From assembly GCA_964479995.1 (NCBI GenBank), contig CAYZPF010000001.1, positions 10,948 to 74,947 of the forward strand: a DNA stretch of 64,000 nucleotides. The letters are read 5' to 3'. This document shows, piece after piece, positions 60,193 to 64,000 of this stretch (position 1 is its first letter; each line of letters begins with the position of its first letter). Under the pieces are notes generated by a model that saw only the letters and a program-made list of their open reading frames with translations, was not told where the DNA came from and did not search any database. Both the position numbers and the translations under genes were made by a program. This DNA comes from an uncultured Muribaculaceae bacterium (GTDB taxonomy: Bacteria; Bacteroidota; Bacteroidia; Bacteroidales; UBA932).

Positions 60193-61155
60193 ATGAAATT
60201 AATCGAAAAATATATTAACAGCGGGAACAAAGATACCCGTTCGGGTTTTGGAGCCGGCCTGCTCGAAGCCGGTAAAAGAAACAGTAAAGTAGTTGCTTTA
60301 TGTGCCGACCTTACCGGTTCACTCAAAATGGATGCTTTTGTTAAAGAGTTTCCGGAAAGGTTTCTTCAATGCGGAATAGCAGAGGCCAATATGATTGGTA
60401 CGGCAGCCGGATTGGCTGTTACCGGAAAAATTCCGTTTGCGGGAACATTTGCAGGATTCGCAACCGGGCGTGTATATGACCAGGTAAGGCAAAGCATAGC
60501 ATATTCCAATACTAATGTTAAGATATGCGCTTCACATGCCGGAATTACCCTTGGAGAAGATGGAGCTACTCACCAGATAATGGAAGATATCGGTTTAATG
60601 AGGATGTTGCCCAACTTAACTGTGATAAGCCCCTGTGACTACAACCAGACAAAGGCCGCTACAATAGCCATTGCAGATTATAACGGACCTGTCTATTTGA
60701 GATTTGGCCGTCCTGCGGTACCTAATTTTACTCCGGCAGATCCCGGATTTGAGATAGGTAAAGCCCAGATGATTAGCGAAGGAGAAGATGTCTCGATATT
60801 TGCTACCGGACATCTTGTGTGGGAGGCAATTCTGGCAGCCGACATCCTTAAGGAGAAGGGAATATCTGCCGAGGTTATAAATATCCATACAATTAAACCT
60901 TTAGACAAAAAAGCAGTCTTAGAATCGGCCGCAAAAACTAAAGCTGTTGTTACTGCAGAGGAGCATCTCGTTGCCGGAGGACTCGGAGAGTTAATAGCAG
61001 GATTATTTGCAAGTCAGATGCCTGTGCCTGTTGAATTTGTGGCAGTTGACAACCTGTTTGGTCAAAGTGGGAAGCCGGCTGAGCTTATGAAAGAGTATGG
61101 GCTAACTGCAGAAAATATTGTTGTTGCTGCACAAAAAGCGATATTAAGAAAATAA
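60193..61155 (+). CDS. Transketolase, C-terminal subunit
   Basis: [30 protein letters not shown]. Confidence 0.95.
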   Translation: MKLIEKYINSGNKDTRSGFGAGLLEAGKRNSKVVALCADLTGSLKMDAFVKEFPERFLQCGIAEANMIGTAAGLAVTGKIPFAGTFAGFATGRVYDQVRQSIAYSNTNVKICASHAGITLGEDGATHQIMEDIGLMRMLPNLTVISPCDYNQTKAATIAIADYNGPVYLRFGRPAVPNFTPADPGFEIGKAQMISEGEDVSIFATGHLVWEAILAADILKEKGISAEVINIHTIKPLDKKAVLESAAKTKAVVTAEEHLVAGGLGELIAGLFASQMPVPVEFVAVDNLFGQSGKPAELMKEYGLTAENIVVAAQKAILRK

Positions 61156-61189
61156 CAGCGTAGTACGGCAAATTGCGATAACTAAGGGT

Positions 61190-61732
61190 ATGGACGATAA
61201 AGATCTTCTCGAACTATTCAGAGAGGAGGGCAAGCAAAACTACGCCTTCAACTTTATTGTTGACAAATACAGTGAGCGGCTATATTGGCATATCAGGAAA
61301 ATGGTTGCCTCACATGATGACGCTAACGATTTATTGCAAAATACGTTAATTAAAGCCTGGAAAGCCCTTCCACAATTCAGAGAAGAGTCATTATTATTTA
61401 CATGGCTATACAGAATAGCTACAAATGAAACGCTCACTTTTTTAAAAAAGGCTAAGGCCAAGGCAGTGTTTTCACTTAGTGATTACACTAAGCAGGTAGA
61501 TAGTTTAGTTGAATCAGACCCATTTTTCAATGGAGACGAGGCTCAACGTCTTTTTAGAAAAGCTGTAATGAGACTCCCCGAAAAGCAGAGGGCAGTTTTT
61601 AATATGCGTTACTATGATGAATTAAAATATGAAGAGATTTCGGAGATATTGGGCATATCGGTAGGTGCCTTAAAAGCCTCATATCACCATGCTTTTCAAA
61701 AAGTAAAAGATTTTTTAAAAAGCTCCGTTTAA
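61190..61732 (+). CDS. ECF sigma-70 factor
   Basis: DLLQNTLIKAW, FTWLYRIATN, LPEKQRAVF, LKASYHHA. Confidence 0.94.
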   Translation: MDDKDLLELFREEGKQNYAFNFIVDKYSERLYWHIRKMVASHDDANDLLQNTLIKAWKALPQFREESLLFTWLYRIATNETLTFLKKAKAKAVFSLSDYTKQVDSLVESDPFFNGDEAQRLFRKAVMRLPEKQRAVFNMRYYDELKYEEISEILGISVGALKASYHHAFQKVKDFLKSSV

Positions 61733-61762
61733 TCCTTTTCACATTTATATAGTCAAAGAGGT

Positions 61763-62200
61763 ATGAAGACAAAATTTGATATTAATAACCCACATCTTAA
61801 AGAGAATCCGTTTACCGTCCCGGAAGGGTATTTTCTTAATCTAAGGGAAAATATCTCTGAGATGATCTCCTCCGAGAGGGTTGAAGAGAGTAAAATCGGA
61901 TTCTGGAGGCTTGTAAAGCCCCAACTTGCTCTCGTATCTACATTTGCCGCAATATTCCTCATTGCATATGGAGCCCTTACACTCTTCTCTCCTGAGATAA
62001 TCAAATCTAAGATGTCATCTGTAAGTGCTAATGGAGAAGCATCCCTGTTTGAATCAGGATTTTTGAAGACATCTTTTATAGACTTTATAGATTTTGAGGA
62101 GGACGCTTTAAACTCCTCCAGCGATACTATTGATAGTGACGATCTGGTAAAATATATTAGTGAAAATATTGACATCATAACATTAGCCTCTCTTGAATAG
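61763..62200 (+). CDS. Single-TM putative anti-sigma factor
   Basis: NPFTVPEGYF motif plus TM, directly after the ECF gene. Confidence 0.7.
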   Translation: MKTKFDINNPHLKENPFTVPEGYFLNLRENISEMISSERVEESKIGFWRLVKPQLALVSTFAAIFLIAYGALTLFSPEIIKSKMSSVSANGEASLFESGFLKTSFIDFIDFEEDALNSSSDTIDSDDLVKYISENIDIITLASLE

Positions 62201-62230
62201 AGGATTATTTACAAATAATTAATAATCGCC

Positions 62231-62728
62231 ATGAAAAAATATATAATAATATTGACATTATCGCTCTTTACCACCAGTCTCTTCTCACAAAACAATCCAA
62301 TGATGAGACAACAGAGGCAACAAAAAGTGCATCAAATCCAGAATGCCAAGATTGCCTTTTTTACTACCGAAATGGGACTTACTCCGCAAGAAGCGGAAAA
62401 GTTCTGGCCCATCTACAACGAATATTGGAATGACCGTGAAAAGTTAGTGCAAAAAAACAGGGATTTGCTCTCACAAATCATCATCTTTATCAAAGATGAG
62501 AAAACAGCAAATCCGTCTGAATTGGTAAAAATCCTATTCTCCTATACAGCTACCACTTCTGAAGAAGGCGCCTTACATAAAATCTATTTTGAAAAATTCT
62601 ACAAGATTCTGCCAATTGACAAAGTTGCTAAGCTGTACATTGCTGAGGAGGAGTTCCGGATGAGGATGATACGCCAGTTGCGAGGGGGCCCGGCTGCCAA
62701 TCCTGTCATAACTTCACCTGTCAGATAG
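62231..62728 (+). CDS. Periplasmic Spy/CpxP-like helical protein
   Basis: Signal peptide; KIAFFTTEMGLTPQEAEKFWPIYNEY. Confidence 0.7.
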   Translation: MKKYIIILTLSLFTTSLFSQNNPMMRQQRQQKVHQIQNAKIAFFTTEMGLTPQEAEKFWPIYNEYWNDREKLVQKNRDLLSQIIIFIKDEKTANPSELVKILFSYTATTSEEGALHKIYFEKFYKILPIDKVAKLYIAEEEFRMRMIRQLRGGPAANPVITSPVR

Positions 62729-63505
62729 ATAGAAATCACCGACAAGAGAGTTATATTGCGGGGTATAGCAATCTTTACCCTTCTCCTGTATAACTAACTC
62801 TTCTTCCTGTATTGTTTCAGCTTCTCCTTTAACAAACTCCAGCAAGACTCTCTTCGCTTTTTTGTGTGCAAGGGGTTTAACTCTGCATAATCTCAATAAA
62901 GAGAAAGAGAAGAAACGTGCAATTCTTATAAAAATATCTCCCTCATTTACAGGTAACACTACAGCCAAAATGCCTCCTCTTTTCAACAGGCTTTCCGCTG
63001 CTTTCAATATTTCATCAAACGGCAGCATATCATTATGTCTCGAGACACTTCTCCTATGCGATGATGCCTTTAAAGAGGAGGAGAAAAATGGAGGATTTGA
63101 GAGAATCAACGAAAAGCTCTCTCTGTACTCCTCACCAAAATCTTTTATATAATCCTTAAGGGGGGTATGAATGGACATCAGATAAGAACTCCAGGGAGAT
63201 TCTTCAAAATTATACGCTGCTTCACTTGCCGAAGCCTCGTCCAAATCTATTCCCGTTATTTGAAAAGCTCTTTCCCCTCTGTTTTGCTCATTATTTACAA
63301 ATTGTTCTTCCAACCGCTGAGCTATAATAAGTGCAATTACTCCTGTTCCGGTGCCGATATCTAAAATGCGATAAACATCATTGCTTCTCAATAATTCACT
63401 CTTTGGCAAATCAACCCAGGCAGACAGCAAGACTCCGTCTGTATTAACTTTCATCGCAGAATACTCCTGCTTTACCTTGAATTTTTTAAATGAGAAACTC
63501 TCCAT
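62714..63505 (-). CDS. trmN6: tRNA1(Val) A37 N6-methyltransferase
   Basis: [25 protein letters not shown]. Confidence 0.88.
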   Translation of the reverse strand: MESFSFKKFKVKQEYSAMKVNTDGVLLSAWVDLPKSELLRSNDVYRILDIGTGTGVIALIIAQRLEEQFVNNEQNRGERAFQITGIDLDEASASEAAYNFEESPWSSYLMSIHTPLKDYIKDFGEEYRESFSLILSNPPFFSSSLKASSHRRSVSRHNDMLPFDEILKAAESLLKRGGILAVVLPVNEGDIFIRIARFFSFSLLRLCRVKPLAHKKAKRVLLEFVKGEAETIQEEELVIQEKGKDCYTPQYNSLVGDFYLSDR

Positions 63506-64000
63506 CTTTCATCTCCAAAGTACGGTCACTCATCCTTGAGAGATCTTTATCGTGTGTGACAATAATAATTGTCTGCTTAAACTTGTCTCTTAGATCGAAA
63601 AAGAGTTGATGAATCTCTCTCTTTGTATTTGTATCCAGATTTCCCGAAGGTTCATCTGCAAAAAGTACAGATGGTTTATTGATAAGGGCTCTGGCAATAG
63701 CCACTCTTTGTTGTTCGCCCCCGCTCAGCTCAGAGGGTTTATGTGTAAGGCGCTCATTTAATCCTAAAAAAGAGAGGAGTTTAGAGGCCTCTTCCTTTGC
63801 TTTTCTCATTCCAAGGCCAGCAATGAGTGCAGGAATTGCTACATTTTCAAGAGCTGTAAATTCCGGAAGTAAATGATGGAATTGAAATACGAAGCCAATC
63901 TTTCTATTTCTAAAATCGGCCAAAGCATTTGATTTAAGCGAAAACACATCTACTCCATCAATATAGACCTTTCCGGTATCAGGTAATGATAAAGTACCAA
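63486..64000 (-). CDS. lolD: LolD-like ABC ATP-binding protein (5'-truncated by window edge)
   Basis: Frame open to the edge; [35 protein letters not shown]. Confidence 0.8.
   Translation of the reverse strand, partial: GTLSLPDTGKVYIDGVDVFSLKSNALADFRNRKIGFVFQFHHLLPEFTALENVAIPALIAGLGMRKAKEEASKLLSFLGLNERLTHKPSELSGGEQQRVAIARALINKPSVLFADEPSGNLDTNTKREIHQLFFDLRDKFKQTIIIVTHDKDLSRMSDRTLEMKDGEFLI

Noticed and set aside
59309..61155. Split transketolase as a broken gene
   Set aside because: Two-subunit transketolases are normal in Bacteroidota and both halves look intact.
207..63876. Many short antisense or nested ORFs in the track (e.g. 3659-4183, 19005-19400, 42466-42933, 61753-62178)
   Set aside because: They are shadows of well-supported genes and have no recognisable motifs.

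Overview
Chromosomal window from an anaerobic Bacteroidales-type bacterium (SusC/SusD, a GldH homolog, and TAnnTTTG promoter boxes at most divergent intergenic regions). About 17.4-64 kb is mostly core genes (frr, pyrH, hemW, trmB, holB, rlhA, pqqL, trxA, an RND pump, kbl, secG, lptE, kdsB, lepA, split transketolase). Between pgk (1-615) and about 17.37 kb lies a visibly AT-richer accessory island with no integrase. It holds an ECF sigma/FecR pair, SusC-SusD-DUF4843-PKD lipoprotein, a GldA/GldFG-like ABC system, two translationally coupled MutS-like ATPases lacking the mismatch-binding domain, and a truncated M16 zinc peptidase. It has no glycoside hydrolases and is the best candidate for an uncharacterised system. 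Its left edge (about 780-1650) is a scar zone: an AbiEi-like antitoxin fragment, 41-bp tandem and 19-bp inverted repeats, a decayed and probably foreign pgk 3' copy, and a deletion junction. Its right edge is an 11 x 7-bp tandem repeat that the sigma gene reads through. A second uncharacterised module (membrane AraC, beta-barrel, MMPL, LolA-like) follows. I saw no tRNA, rRNA or CRISPR array. All family calls come from motif recognition by eye, not database searches.
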